A stretch of 64,000 nt of DNA from Candidatus Tectimicrobiota bacterium (GCA_016192455.1 JACPUC010000025.1:1-64000), one strand, 5' to 3'. Counted from the first letter of the stretch, positions 8,237 to 18,515 are shown. A program made the numbers and translations. Notes: generated from the letters alone by a model not told the origin.

Positions 8237-10429
8237 ATGCCGATACCCGAGGTCTCCATCATCATCGTCAACTGGAACACGCGCGGCGAGCTGCTGCGCT
8301 GCCTGGCCTCGGTGCGGCAGTGCGCCGCGGCGATCCCTCACGAGCTCCTCGTGGTGGATAACGGTTCCACCGATGGCAGCGTTGAAGCCATCCTCGCCAC
8401 CTATCCGGAGACAACGTTCCTCAGCGCCTCCGACGCGTCCCTGCCGTCTGACGAGCGCTGCGACGGCTCCACCGCGGAGGGCAAGCGTGGGCCGGCCGAG
8501 AAGTTGCAAGGCTCGCCAGGCTCCCCCTCCTGGCGCCTCTATCGCAACAACCACAACGTTGGCTTTGCACGCGCCTTCAATTTCGGTCTGGCCCTGGCCC
8601 GCGGCCGCTCGATCCTGGCCCTGAACCCGGACTGCGAGCTTCGCGCCGGGGCGCTGGAGCGGCTGCTGCAGGCGCTGGAAGCCCTGCCGGATGCGGGCAT
8701 CCTCACGCCGACCTTGGTGGACCAGGAGGGCCGCCAGCGCCATTCCTACTCCAGCTTCCCCACCCTGCTCACCGAGGGCTTCAGCAAGGCGATCCTGCAA
8801 TGGCTCCTGCCGCGTCGCTATCCCAGCAAGCGCCGTCGCTACCATGCTCCCCTGGCGGTGGACTCGGCCATCGGCGCCTGCATGCTCGTGCGGCGCCAGG
8901 CCATCGAAGCCGTGGGGCCTCTGGATGAGGCGTTTTTCCTCTACCTCGAGGAGACGGATTGGTGCTACCGTATGAGGCAGGCCGGCTGGCGCTGCTACTA
9001 CCTCCCCGACGCCGTGGTGATGCACGGGGTGGGGCAGGCGGCGCGGCGCGTCCCGGTGCAGTCGCGGCTGGAATTCTTCCGTTCGCGCTACCGGTACTTC
9101 GAGAAGCACGCCTCCGCTCCGGCGCGTCAGGCGCTCATCCTGCTCCTGCTGCTGCGGCTGGCGCTCGGGGTGGCGGCGCAGGGGATCGGCACGTTCGCCA
9201 CCGTCGGGCTGGTGCCGCGTCTTCGCCGGCGCCTCTCCCGCAACGTAAGCCTGTTGGCCTGGCACCTGCGCGGCTGTCCCGCGGGCTGGGGCCTGCGCCC
9301 GGAGCCGCCCCCTGCGGGCCGGGCCCTACGGGGCGATGAGCGGCTGCTGGTGGTGAAGCTGGGGTCCCTTGGCGACGTGCTCCATGCCTTGCCGGCGGCG
9401 GCCGCGCTGAAGCGCACCTACCCCGCGCTGCGGATCGCCTGGGCCGTGGAGGCCGCCCACGCTGCGCTCCTGCAAGGGCAGGACTGCATCGACGAGGTGT
9501 TCTGCCTTGAGACGCGCGCCTGGCGGCGCCGCCCCCTGGCCCGCCGCACCTGGGCGGCGGTCGCGGCGAGTTGTCGCCGCCTGGCGGCCTGGCAGTGCGA
9601 GGTCGCCCTCGACCTGCAGGGCCTCTACAAGAGCGCACTCGTTCTGCGGCTCAGTGGGGCCGCGCGTCGCATCGGCCTGGGTCGCCTGCGCGAGCCAGTC
9701 GGGTGGGCCTATACGGAGCGCGTCCCCATGCCCACCTGGAACGAGCATGCGGTGGATCGCTACCTGCGCGTCGCCACCTACCTTGGGGCGAAGGTGGAGG
9801 AAGTGCCGTTTCCGCTGCCCGAGGCCGCCCCGGCGACCAACGAGGCCACGACGCGCCTCCTGGCAACGCCCGGAGCCGGGAATCCCGATCGCCCGCTCGT
9901 CATCCTCCACGTGGGAGCGGGAAAGGCGGCTAACATCTGGTTCCCGGAACGTTACAGGCAACTCGCCGATCGGCTGGCGCGGGAGCTCGGGGTGCGCATC
10001 GCCTTCACCGGCTCGGCGGCCGAGCGCGGCCTCGTGGCCTCGATTCGGCGGCCCATGCAGCAGCCGTCGCTCGACCTCAGCGGCGCGACGAGCCTCCCGG
10101 AGCTCGTGAACCTCTTGCGGCATGCGGCGCTCTGCGTGGCCGGCGATACCGGGCCGGCGCACCTGGCGGCGGCGCTTGGCTGTCCCGTGGTCTCGATCTT
10201 CGGCCCGGCGAACCCGCAGCGCACCGCACCCTATCGCGGCGCCACGGTCCTCTACGACCCGCCGCCGTGCAGCCCCTGTTACCGCCGCACCTACTGCTCG
10301 CACATGACCTGTTTCCAGCGGTTGACGGTCGAGACAGTCTTCACCGCCTGCCGTGAACGGCTCCTCCTCGGGAACGTTCAACTCGATGCAAACCTTCCGC
10401 ACCAAGGCCATCACCTGGACCGTGCGTAG
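8237..10429 (+). CDS. GT2 glycosyltransferase fused to GT9 heptosyltransferase (WaaC-like)
   Basis: N-half has IIVNWN, VDNGSTDGS, LNPD and FLYLEETDWC. C-half has VVKLGSLGDVLHALP, DLQGLYKSA and GDTGPAHLAAA. One continuous frame. Confidence 0.85.
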   Translation: MPIPEVSIIIVNWNTRGELLRCLASVRQCAAAIPHELLVVDNGSTDGSVEAILATYPETTFLSASDASLPSDERCDGSTAEGKRGPAEKLQGSPGSPSWRLYRNNHNVGFARAFNFGLALARGRSILALNPDCELRAGALERLLQALEALPDAGILTPTLVDQEGRQRHSYSSFPTLLTEGFSKAILQWLLPRRYPSKRRRYHAPLAVDSAIGACMLVRRQAIEAVGPLDEAFFLYLEETDWCYRMRQAGWRCYYLPDAVVMHGVGQAARRVPVQSRLEFFRSRYRYFEKHASAPARQALILLLLLRLALGVAAQGIGTFATVGLVPRLRRRLSRNVSLLAWHLRGCPAGWGLRPEPPPAGRALRGDERLLVVKLGSLGDVLHALPAAAALKRTYPALRIAWAVEAAHAALLQGQDCIDEVFCLETRAWRRRPLARRTWAAVAASCRRLAAWQCEVALDLQGLYKSALVLRLSGAARRIGLGRLREPVGWAYTERVPMPTWNEHAVDRYLRVATYLGAKVEEVPFPLPEAAPATNEATTRLLATPGAGNPDRPLVILHVGAGKAANIWFPERYRQLADRLARELGVRIAFTGSAAERGLVASIRRPMQQPSLDLSGATSLPELVNLLRHAALCVAGDTGPAHLAAALGCPVVSIFGPANPQRTAPYRGATVLYDPPPCSPCYRRTYCSHMTCFQRLTVETVFTACRERLLLGNVQLDANLPHQGHHLDRA

Positions 10430-12059
10430 CGGCCGGTTGATCCACGAAACCTCGCCCCTGAAGATCGTGGCGGCGCTCGTGGAGGCTCCGGATGGCACCG
10501 TCCTCAAAGACACGGGGCACCGCCGTCTCGTGCGCAAGAGCTTCGTGGACGACTGCGGCCACACCCAACACGTGGCGTGGAAGGAGTACCGCTACGAGCG
10601 GGGCTGGGCGGAGCTGCCGCTGCTGGTGCGCGCGTCGCATGCGCGGCGCGAGTGGCGGCTGATGAACACCCTGCTCGATCGTGGCGTCGCGGTGCCGACG
10701 CCGATCGCCCTTGGCGAGCGCTGGCAGGGGGGGATGGTGCGCCTCAGCATCATGATCATGGAGTGGATTCCTGATTCGCTCTCGCTGCACGAGTTCGCCG
10801 ACGGCTATCGCCGCGGCGCGCGAGCCTTTGCGAGCCCGGCGGCGCACCGCCGCTTCCTCGAGGAGCTGGGCGCCTTTATCGCCTCGATCCATGCGGCGGG
10901 CTTCCGGCATCGCGACTTGCACGCGGGGAACATCCTCGTGCAGCTCAAGCCGGCCCCGCGCTTCTCCCTCATCGACCTGCACCGCGCCAGCATGACCACG
11001 TGCCACAACGACGCGGCTCGCATCCGCGCCCTGGCGCAGCTCAATATCTTCTTCAGCACCTGGGCGCGGCGCAGCGACGGGCTACGCTTCCTGGCCGCCT
11101 ACCGCCGGGCGCTGGCGTCGACGTGGAGTCTCCGCGAGCTCGCCACGGCGGTCGGGGAGGCGACGGCGCGACTGCTCACCGAACTCATCCGGCGGCGCGA
11201 GCGGCGCTGCCTGGAGGCGAACGACGAGTTTGCGCCGCTGCCGCGCATCTTCGGCAAAGGGTTCTATCGACGGGATGCCGGCGGCGAGATCCTCGAGGTG
11301 CTGGCGAACCCCGACGCCTTCTATGACCGCCCACAAGTGGAGCTGGTGAAGAACTCCCGCTCGACACGGCTGGCCCGCGGCGCCATCGAGCTGCAGCGCG
11401 GCCCCGCCAGCGTCTACCTGAAGCGTTACAACTCCCGCCACCTGCTCGACCGGCTGAAGAACCTGCTGCGCCCGGCACGGGCCCTGCGCGCCTGGCGGCA
11501 CGCGCAGGCGCTGCGGCTGCGGCAGATCGCCACCCCCCTGCCGATCGCCGCGCTGGCGTGTGGCCGCGGCCCAAGACGGGGGGTCTCCTACCTGATCACC
11601 GAGGAGATCGCCGGAGGGGAGGGGATCGACCGCTACGTGCTGAAGACGCTTGCCGGGCCGCCCTCGCCTGCGCTGCTGCGGCGCAAGCGCGCCTTCCTCG
11701 AGCAGGTGGCGCTCTTCGTTCGCACCCTGCACCAGCGCGGCATCCTGCACCACGACTTCAAGGCGGCGAATCTCCTGGTGCTCGAGCCGCCAGGGCAGCC
11801 GCCGCGGTTCATCCTCATTGACCTCGATCGCGTCTCCTTTCGCCAACGCCTGAGCCGCCGGCAACGCCAGCGCAACCTGGCGAAAATCAACACCTCGTTC
11901 CTAGATCGGCGCCTTGTTTCAACCACCGATCGCTGGCGGTTCCTGAGCGCGTACCTTCGCTACGAGCCCGGCGGTCGGCAAACCCGCAAGGTGTGGTGGC
12001 GCGCCCTGCAGCGCGCCTCGACGTCCAAGCTGAAGAAATCGCGCCAGACCTTTTCCTGA
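10386..12059 (+). CDS. LPS kinase (Kdo/WaaP/InaA family), two tandem domains
   Basis: Two catalytic loops: HRDLHAGNILV...IDLH and HHDFKAANLLV...IDLD. Confidence 0.82.
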   Translation: MQTFRTKAITWTVRSGRLIHETSPLKIVAALVEAPDGTVLKDTGHRRLVRKSFVDDCGHTQHVAWKEYRYERGWAELPLLVRASHARREWRLMNTLLDRGVAVPTPIALGERWQGGMVRLSIMIMEWIPDSLSLHEFADGYRRGARAFASPAAHRRFLEELGAFIASIHAAGFRHRDLHAGNILVQLKPAPRFSLIDLHRASMTTCHNDAARIRALAQLNIFFSTWARRSDGLRFLAAYRRALASTWSLRELATAVGEATARLLTELIRRRERRCLEANDEFAPLPRIFGKGFYRRDAGGEILEVLANPDAFYDRPQVELVKNSRSTRLARGAIELQRGPASVYLKRYNSRHLLDRLKNLLRPARALRAWRHAQALRLRQIATPLPIAALACGRGPRRGVSYLITEEIAGGEGIDRYVLKTLAGPPSPALLRRKRAFLEQVALFVRTLHQRGILHHDFKAANLLVLEPPGQPPRFILIDLDRVSFRQRLSRRQRQRNLAKINTSFLDRRLVSTTDRWRFLSAYLRYEPGGRQTRKVWWRALQRASTSKLKKSRQTFS

Positions 12060-12132
12060 GCCGTGGTGCGCCTCTCGACCGCCCACGGCCGAGACAGGCA
12101 CCGCCGGCCCTCACCTCGGATCGAACGACGAC

Positions 12133-13962
12133 GTGACAGCGCTTCGTACTCCGGAATCCCGCGCCGGCAAGACGCTGACCATGTATCGGCGGCTGCTCGA
12201 CTATGCGCGCCCCTACTGGTTCCGCCTCGGCGTTGGCATCTTCCTCGCCGTCGTGGTCTCCTTGGCGAACGGCGCCATCGCCTACCTCGTGAAGCCGCTC
12301 CTCGACAGCATCTTCATGGAGCGCAACATGGTGATGCTGCAGCTCCTCCCCCTCCTCCTCATCCTCGTCTTCGGGGGCAAGGGAGTGGCCACCTATGGCC
12401 ACCGCTACCTGATGCTCTGGGTGGGCGAACGCGTGGTGCAGCAGTTGCGCAGCGACCTCTACCGGCACCTCTTGGGGCAGTCGCTGTCGTTCTTCCACCG
12501 CCATCCGTCGTCCACGCTGATGTCGCGCATCGTCAATGACGCGAGCCTGGTCTCGCGCGCGGCGTCGAAGATCGTCGCCGACCTCATCAACCAGAGCTTC
12601 ACCATGGTGCTCCTCCTCGGGGTGGCGTTCTACCGGCAGTGGCAGTTCACGCTCATCTCGATCCTCGTCTTCCCCGCCGCGGCCCAGGTCATGAACCATT
12701 TCGGCAAGAAGCTGCGCCTGCTGAGCCGCCGCAGTCAAGAACGCATCGCCGACCTCAACGAGGTGCTGCAGGAGTCGTTCACCGGCATCAAGGTGGTGAA
12801 AGCCTTCACCTTGGAGGTGTCCGAAACCGAGAAGTTTCAGCACGTGAACGGCAAACTCTTTCGCCTGACGATGCGCGGCATCCGCGCCGACGAGGTGACC
12901 TCGCCCCTGATGGAGATTTTGGGCGCCCTGGGGCTGGCGGCAGTGCTCTGGTACGGGGGATCGCAAGTCATCCATGGCGCCATGACCCCGGGGACGTTCT
13001 TCTCGTCGCTCACCGCCCTCATGATGATGTACGCTCCCGTTCGCAAGCTCACCCGCATCAGCAACGCCATCCAGGTGGCGCTGGGCGGGGCCGACCGCAT
13101 CTTCGCCCTCCTCGACGCCCGCGACCTCGACGGGGCCGCCGGGGGCGCCAGAACGCTGCCGGGGGTGGAGCGCGACATCGCCTATCGCAACGTCTCTTTC
13201 ACCTACCGCCCCGAGGACGGCCCGGTTCTCACCAACGTCTCCATTACCGTCCGCAAGGGCGAGCTCGTCGCCCTGGTGGGGCCCAGCGGCGCCGGCAAGA
13301 CGACGTTCGTCGATCTGCTGCCGCGCTTCTACGAGTGCGAGCAGGGGTCCATCTGCATCGACGGCATCGAGGTCCGCGACTTCACCCTGGAGAGCCTGCG
13401 CCGCCACATCGGCGTCGTTCCCCAGGTCAGCCTGCTCTTCAATGACACGATCCACCAGAACATCCTGTACGGTCGGCTAGACGCGAGCGCCGCGGAGGTG
13501 CGCGAGGCCGCCCGCCTGGCCTTCGCCGATGAGTTCATCAACACGCTGGCGGCGGGCTACGAGACCCTCATCGGCGAGAACGGCGTGACGCTCTCCGGCG
13601 GCCAGCGGCAGCGGCTCTGCATCGCCCGGACGATCCTGAAGAACCCCACCATCCTCATCCTTGACGAGGCGACCAGCCAGCTCGACTCCGAGTCGGAGGG
13701 GATGGTGCAGCGGGCCCTCGACAACCTCATGAAGGAGCGCACCTCCTTCGTCATCGCTCACCGCCTGTCGACGGTGATCCAGGCGGACCGCATCCTCCTC
13801 TTTGAACGCGGTCGGCTCATCGACCAGGGACCTCACGACCAGCTCCTGGCGCGCAGCTCGCTCTACCAGCGACTCTACGAGCAGCAGTTCAAGGTGGGCA
13901 ACGGCGCGACCAGCGCCGCCGGCGAGTCGGTGGCAAGCCTGGGCAAAAAGGAGCTGGCGTGA
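12133..13962 (+). CDS. msbA: Lipid A export ABC transporter MsbA
   Basis: TMD plus NBD: GPSGAGKT, LSGGQRQR, ILDEATSQLD; LPS context. Confidence 0.88.
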   Translation: MTALRTPESRAGKTLTMYRRLLDYARPYWFRLGVGIFLAVVVSLANGAIAYLVKPLLDSIFMERNMVMLQLLPLLLILVFGGKGVATYGHRYLMLWVGERVVQQLRSDLYRHLLGQSLSFFHRHPSSTLMSRIVNDASLVSRAASKIVADLINQSFTMVLLLGVAFYRQWQFTLISILVFPAAAQVMNHFGKKLRLLSRRSQERIADLNEVLQESFTGIKVVKAFTLEVSETEKFQHVNGKLFRLTMRGIRADEVTSPLMEILGALGLAAVLWYGGSQVIHGAMTPGTFFSSLTALMMMYAPVRKLTRISNAIQVALGGADRIFALLDARDLDGAAGGARTLPGVERDIAYRNVSFTYRPEDGPVLTNVSITVRKGELVALVGPSGAGKTTFVDLLPRFYECEQGSICIDGIEVRDFTLESLRRHIGVVPQVSLLFNDTIHQNILYGRLDASAAEVREAARLAFADEFINTLAAGYETLIGENGVTLSGGQRQRLCIARTILKNPTILILDEATSQLDSESEGMVQRALDNLMKERTSFVIAHRLSTVIQADRILLFERGRLIDQGPHDQLLARSSLYQRLYEQQFKVGNGATSAAGESVASLGKKELA

Positions 13963-14582
13963 CCAACGGGAGGGTGGTGTTCCTGGATCGCGATGGGGTC
14001 ATCAATGAAGAGGTGGGGTACTTGAACCACCTCGACCGCCTGCGCCTCCTGCCGCGCAGCGCCGAGGGGATCGCGCTGCTGAACCACGCCGGCTGGCGGG
14101 CCGTCGTGGTCACCAACCAGTCGGGCGTCGCCACCGGCTACTTCCCGGAATCCTTCCTCGCCGAGGTGCACGCGGAGATACAGCGCCGGCTGGAAGCGGC
14201 AGGCGCGCGCGTCGACGCGTTCTACTACTGCCCCCACCACCCGACCATCGGCGAGCCGCCGTACCGCTGCGCCTGCGACTGCCGGAAGCCGCGCACCGGC
14301 CTGCTGCGCCGCGCCGCGGCTGACCTCGACCTGCGGCTCGAGGGGTCCTGCATCATCAGCGATCGCTACCGCGATCTCACCATGGCGGCGGAGATCGGCG
14401 CCACCGGCATCCTCGTGCTCACCGGCTACGGCACCGGCGAGTACACGTGGTGGCGGCAGTCACGCGGGTGGGCGGCCCAGCACGTGGCGCAAGACCTCCT
14501 CCAGGCCGTGCGCTGGTTCCTGGAGCGGCAGGCGCAGCAGCCGCAGTCGGCGCACCACTTTTCGGGCCGCGGGCCGCGCTGA
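13959..14582 (+). CDS. gmhB: D-glycero-D-manno-heptose 1,7-bisphosphate phosphatase
   Basis: FLDRDGVIN, VTNQSG and CPHHP...CDCRKP motifs. Confidence 0.92.
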   Translation: MTNGRVVFLDRDGVINEEVGYLNHLDRLRLLPRSAEGIALLNHAGWRAVVVTNQSGVATGYFPESFLAEVHAEIQRRLEAAGARVDAFYYCPHHPTIGEPPYRCACDCRKPRTGLLRRAAADLDLRLEGSCIISDRYRDLTMAAEIGATGILVLTGYGTGEYTWWRQSRGWAAQHVAQDLLQAVRWFLERQAQQPQSAHHFSGRGPR

Positions 14583-14655
14583 CGTTCGCGCCGCCGCCGA
14601 GCTGGTTTCAGCTCCGCCTGGCCGCGGACGCGGGAAGGACGACGAGGAGAGGGCG

Positions 14656-15600
14656 ATGCAGTGTCTCATCACCGGCGCCGCGGGCTTCATCGGCTCCCAC
14701 CTCTGCGAGCGGCTCCTCGCCGCGGGCGCCAGGGTGATCGGGATCGACTGCTTCACCGACTTCTACCCGCGGCAGATCAAGGAGCGGAATCTCGCCACGG
14801 TCCGCACTCACTCCGCGTTCACCCTCCATGAGGCGAACCTCCTGGAAGCTCCGCTGCCCTCCTTGCTGCGCAACGTCGAGGTGGTCTTCCACCTGGCGGC
14901 GCAGGCGGGGGTGCGCACGAGCTGGGGGCGCGAGTTCGCCACCTACACCAATTGCAACATCCTCGCCACGCAGCGCCTGCTGGAAGCCTGCCGCGACCGC
15001 CGCCTGCGGCGGGTGGTGGTGGCCTCCTCCTCGTCGGTGTACGGCGACTGCGACGAGCTGCCGCTGCGCGAGGAGAGTCCCCTGCGTCCCGTCTCCCCCT
15101 ACGGCATCACGAAGCTGGCCACCGAGCACCTGGCGAGCCTCTACGCCAGCAAGTTCACGGTGCCGGTGGTGAGCCTGCGGTACTTCACCGTCTACGGCCC
15201 GCGGCAGCGCCCGGACATGGCGTTCTCGCGCTTCCTCCAGCGCCTGGCGCGGGATGAGCCGCTGGAAATCTACGGGGATGGCACCCAGACGCGCGACTTC
15301 ACCTACATCGACGACATCATCGACGCGACGGTGCGGAGCGCCGAGCGCGGCCTGGCCGGGGCGGTCTACAACATCGGCGGCGGCTCGCGCGTGAGTCTGA
15401 ACGAGGCGATCGAAACGCTGACGGCGCAGCTCAAGAAGGCGCCGCATCTGCTCCATCAGGCGCCGCAGGTCGGGGATATGCGCCACACCTTCGCCGACAT
15501 CACCAAGGCCCAGGCGGAGCTGCAGTATACCCCCCGCGTGCCGCTCGCCGAAGGCTTGCGCCGTCAGGTAGAGTGGTTTCTCCTCTCCAGCGGCGGCTGA
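14656..15600 (+). CDS. NAD-dependent nucleotide-sugar epimerase (UDP-glucuronate/UDP-glucose 4-epimerase-like)
   Basis: TGAAGFIGS, HLAAQAGVR, YxxxK (YGITK) and YFTVYGPRQRPDMA motifs. Confidence 0.88.
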   Translation: MQCLITGAAGFIGSHLCERLLAAGARVIGIDCFTDFYPRQIKERNLATVRTHSAFTLHEANLLEAPLPSLLRNVEVVFHLAAQAGVRTSWGREFATYTNCNILATQRLLEACRDRRLRRVVVASSSSVYGDCDELPLREESPLRPVSPYGITKLATEHLASLYASKFTVPVVSLRYFTVYGPRQRPDMAFSRFLQRLARDEPLEIYGDGTQTRDFTYIDDIIDATVRSAERGLAGAVYNIGGGSRVSLNEAIETLTAQLKKAPHLLHQAPQVGDMRHTFADITKAQAELQYTPRVPLAEGLRRQVEWFLLSSGG

Positions 15601-15633
15601 GTACGCGGAACCCAAGCGAGAAGGACGACGATT

Positions 15634-15807
15634 ATGGCCCTCGACAAAGACCTGCTCGACATCCTGGCCTGCCCGAAGTGCAAGGGGGACCTTGAGTATC
15701 GACAAGCAGAGAACCAACTGGTCTGCCACGCCTGCCGCCTCATCTACGAGATCAAGGATGACATCCCGATCATGCTCATCGACGAGGCGAAACCGCTCGA
15801 GGCCTGA
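15634..15807 (+). CDS. Trm112/YcaR-family small protein (57 aa; not in ORF track)
   Basis: Hand translation MALDKDLLDILACPKCKGDL...LVCHACRLIYEIKDDIPIMLIDEAKPLEA; SD AAGGA upstream. Confidence 0.92.
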   Translation: MALDKDLLDILACPKCKGDLEYRQAENQLVCHACRLIYEIKDDIPIMLIDEAKPLEA

Positions 15808-15983
15808 GCCGGAGAGCGGCGCGCCGGCGCTCCCGTCTCGGGCCGCCGCTCCGTCCTGGAAGGCCACGTAGCGCGGCAATCAAGGAGAAGCTGCCTGGCA
15901 CGGCTGGCGCCCACTCCTGGCCGGCAGGAGCGGCGCCGCGCCAGGCGGGATGCCCGTTCGGGGAGTCGCCCGATCAGGCTCGC

Positions 15984-17402
15984 TCAATCCCCCGCGGCAA
16001 GCTGCTCGACGGCGACGCTGCCGCGCCCTCCTTCCGGGGCCGCGAAGACCACCACGGGCACGAGCCGCCGCTCTCCTCCATGGGCGGAGAGCAGCCCGGC
16101 GCGCCGCATCGCCGCGGCCGCCGTCGACACCGCCCCGCGGACGGCCGCGGGACCTTGCGCAAGGATCGGCTGCACCCCGTAGAGGAGCGCCAGGGCACGC
16201 CATGTCTCCACGCGCGGGGTCACCGCGAAGAGGGGCTGCCTCGGGCGATGCCGGGCGATGAGCCGCGCCGAAGCGCCGCGGGTGGTAGCCGCCACGATCG
16301 CCGCCGCATCCAACTCCGCCGCAATGGAGCATGCCGCCGCCGCCAGCGCCTCCCCCTCCCGATCGCTGCTGCGGTTTGGGTTGAGCTGCAGCATGCAGTG
16401 GCGCTCGGCCGCGGCGGCGATGCGCGCCATCATTGCCACCGCCTCCGCGGGGTGCCGGCCGACGGCGGTCTCCTCGGAGAGCATGAGGGCGTCACAGCCA
16501 TCGAGAACAGCGCCGGCGATGTCGGCAACCTCGGCGCGGGTCGGGGAGGGCGACTCCACCATGCTGCGCAGCATCTGCGTCGCCACGATGACCGGCTTGG
16601 CGTGGTCGCGCGCCAGGCGGATGAGCCGCCTCTGCACATGAGGCACCTCCTCGAGCGGCGTCTCGATGCCCAGATCGCCCCTCGCCACCATGACGCCGTC
16701 GGCCTCCGCGAGGATGCCGGGGAGGTCGGCAAGCGCCGCCGCGGTTTCGATCTTGGCAATGATCCTGGCGCCTCCCTGGCGATGGGCGATCTCCCGCCGC
16801 AGCGTCTGCACGTCGTCGCGGGTGCGCACGTAGGAGAGGCCGAGGTACTCCACCCCGTGGCGCACCCCGAAGGCAACATCCTCGCGACCCTCCGCATCGA
16901 GGATGGGCACGTGCGGCAGGCCGTTCGGCACATGGATGCCCTTCCCTGGGCTGATCTCCCCACCGACCACGATCCGGCAGTGGATGTCCTGACCAGCGAC
17001 GGCGGTGACCCGCAGCTCGATGCTCCCCTCCGCCAGCAGCAGGCGATCTCCTGGACGCACGGCGGTATGGAGATCACCGTAGCTCACCGGCAGCTCCCGC
17101 GGCGTGCCGGCGATCTCCCGCCCCGTGAGCACCACGTCATCCCCGCCGCGCAAGAGGATCGAGCCGCCGGCGATGGAACCGACGCGCACCTTGGGTCCCC
17201 TCAGGTCCTGGAGGATTGCCACCCCGCGGCCGCGTGCCTCGGCCGCCGCGCGGAGGCGCTCGATGAGGCGGGCATGTGTCTCCCGGCTGCCATGGGCGAA
17301 GTTGAGCCGCGCCACTTCCATGCCGGCGTCAAGCAGGCAACCGATACCCTCCTCGGAGCTCGATGCCGGCCCTAACGTGCAGACAATCTTTGTCAACCGC
17401 AT
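15984..17402 (-). CDS. pyk: Pyruvate kinase
   Basis: TKIVCTLGPAS, ARLNFAHG, AKIE, MVARGDLG and ATQML motifs. Confidence 0.95.
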   Translation of the reverse strand: MRLTKIVCTLGPASSSEEGIGCLLDAGMEVARLNFAHGSRETHARLIERLRAAAEARGRGVAILQDLRGPKVRVGSIAGGSILLRGGDDVVLTGREIAGTPRELPVSYGDLHTAVRPGDRLLLAEGSIELRVTAVAGQDIHCRIVVGGEISPGKGIHVPNGLPHVPILDAEGREDVAFGVRHGVEYLGLSYVRTRDDVQTLRREIAHRQGGARIIAKIETAAALADLPGILAEADGVMVARGDLGIETPLEEVPHVQRRLIRLARDHAKPVIVATQMLRSMVESPSPTRAEVADIAGAVLDGCDALMLSEETAVGRHPAEAVAMMARIAAAAERHCMLQLNPNRSSDREGEALAAAACSIAAELDAAAIVAATTRGASARLIARHRPRQPLFAVTPRVETWRALALLYGVQPILAQGPAAVRGAVSTAAAAMRRAGLLSAHGGERRLVPVVVFAAPEGGRGSVAVEQLAAGD

Positions 17403-17455
17403 GCGCCGCACCTCCTGCGCCGTCCCACCTCTAACGACGCCCTGAGAAGAATTCC

Positions 17456-17463
17456 AGTATACT
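17456..17463. promoter_or_regulatory. Palindromic -10 element between divergent pyk and comF
   Basis: AGTATACT reads TATACT on both strands, in the AT-rich patch of the divergent spacer. Confidence 0.4.
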
Positions 17464-17726
17464 TGGGTTATCCTGTGATTGCCTCGTCGGTGGGCGGGGG
17501 AGGCAGGTGACCCGCGCGTTTTCGCCGCAGGGGCCGCGCAGTGCCCCCAGCCGGGAGGCAGGCACCTCGCGCCGCTGGGGGGGAACCCTCACCCCTCGGT
17601 GCGTCAGAAAGGGAGCGCCCCACCTGCGTTTGCCGCCGAGAGCGGGCGCGGCGAAAAGGTGCGGGGGATCCTGCCTCGTGCCGCGGCCGCGGCGCGGACG
17701 GAACGGCTCACGAGGTTTGAGCGAAG

Positions 17727-18515
17727 ATGCATCATGCTGGGCGGAGAATTCACGAGGCCGTGGTGGAGGCAAAAGCTCAGGCCGGCCCGTGGCTCCGCCG
17801 GTTCCTCGACGTGCTGCTGCCGCGCACCTGCGGGACGTGCGGGCGGATGCTCGGGGGGGCCGATCCGCACCAGTTCTGCGGCACCTGCTGGCAGCGCATC
17901 ACCCGCATCGTCCCGCCGCTCTGCCCGCGGTGCGGCATCCCCTACCCTGCCGCCACGGTCGTCCCCGGCGAGATCGGTCACGTCTGCGGCGCCTGCCGCG
18001 AACGGCGTCTCTACTTCCAGGCGGTGCGTTGCGCCGGGCGGTACGAGGGCACGCTGCAAACCGCCCTGCAGCGGTTCAAGTTCGAGGAGCGCACGAGCCT
18101 GGCGCGCCCGCTGGCGGAGCTCCTCGTCGAAACCTTCGGCCTTTTCTTTCAGCGGCCGGCGTTCGATGCGATCATCCCCGTCCCTCTCCATCGCCGCCGC
18201 CTCCGCCAGCGCGGCTACGACCAGGCGGTGCTCCTTGCCCGACAGGTCGCCGCGCTGCTGGATTTGCCGATCTGGGCCGGCGCGATCGAGCGCGTCCGCT
18301 ACACCCAGGCACAGGTCGGGCTGTCGCGTCAGGCGCGCCGCGAGAATGTGCGCGGAGCCTTCAGGGTGCGGCGCCCGGAGCGCCTGGCCGGCGCCCGGCT
18401 CCTCCTCATCGACGACGTCGTCACCACCAGCAGCACCGTGAACGAGTGCGCCCGCGCCGCCTTCGAGGCCGGAGCCGAGCGTCTCGACGTGCTTGCCGTG
18501 GCGCGCAGCATGTAG
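17727..18515 (+). CDS. comF: ComF family protein (zinc ribbon + PRTase)
   Basis: Multiple CxxC, IIPVPLH, RGYDQA and LLIDDVVTT motifs; start may be GTG 17760. Confidence 0.9.
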   Translation: MHHAGRRIHEAVVEAKAQAGPWLRRFLDVLLPRTCGTCGRMLGGADPHQFCGTCWQRITRIVPPLCPRCGIPYPAATVVPGEIGHVCGACRERRLYFQAVRCAGRYEGTLQTALQRFKFEERTSLARPLAELLVETFGLFFQRPAFDAIIPVPLHRRRLRQRGYDQAVLLARQVAALLDLPIWAGAIERVRYTQAQVGLSRQARRENVRGAFRVRRPERLAGARLLLIDDVVTTSSTVNECARAAFEAGAERLDVLAVARSM

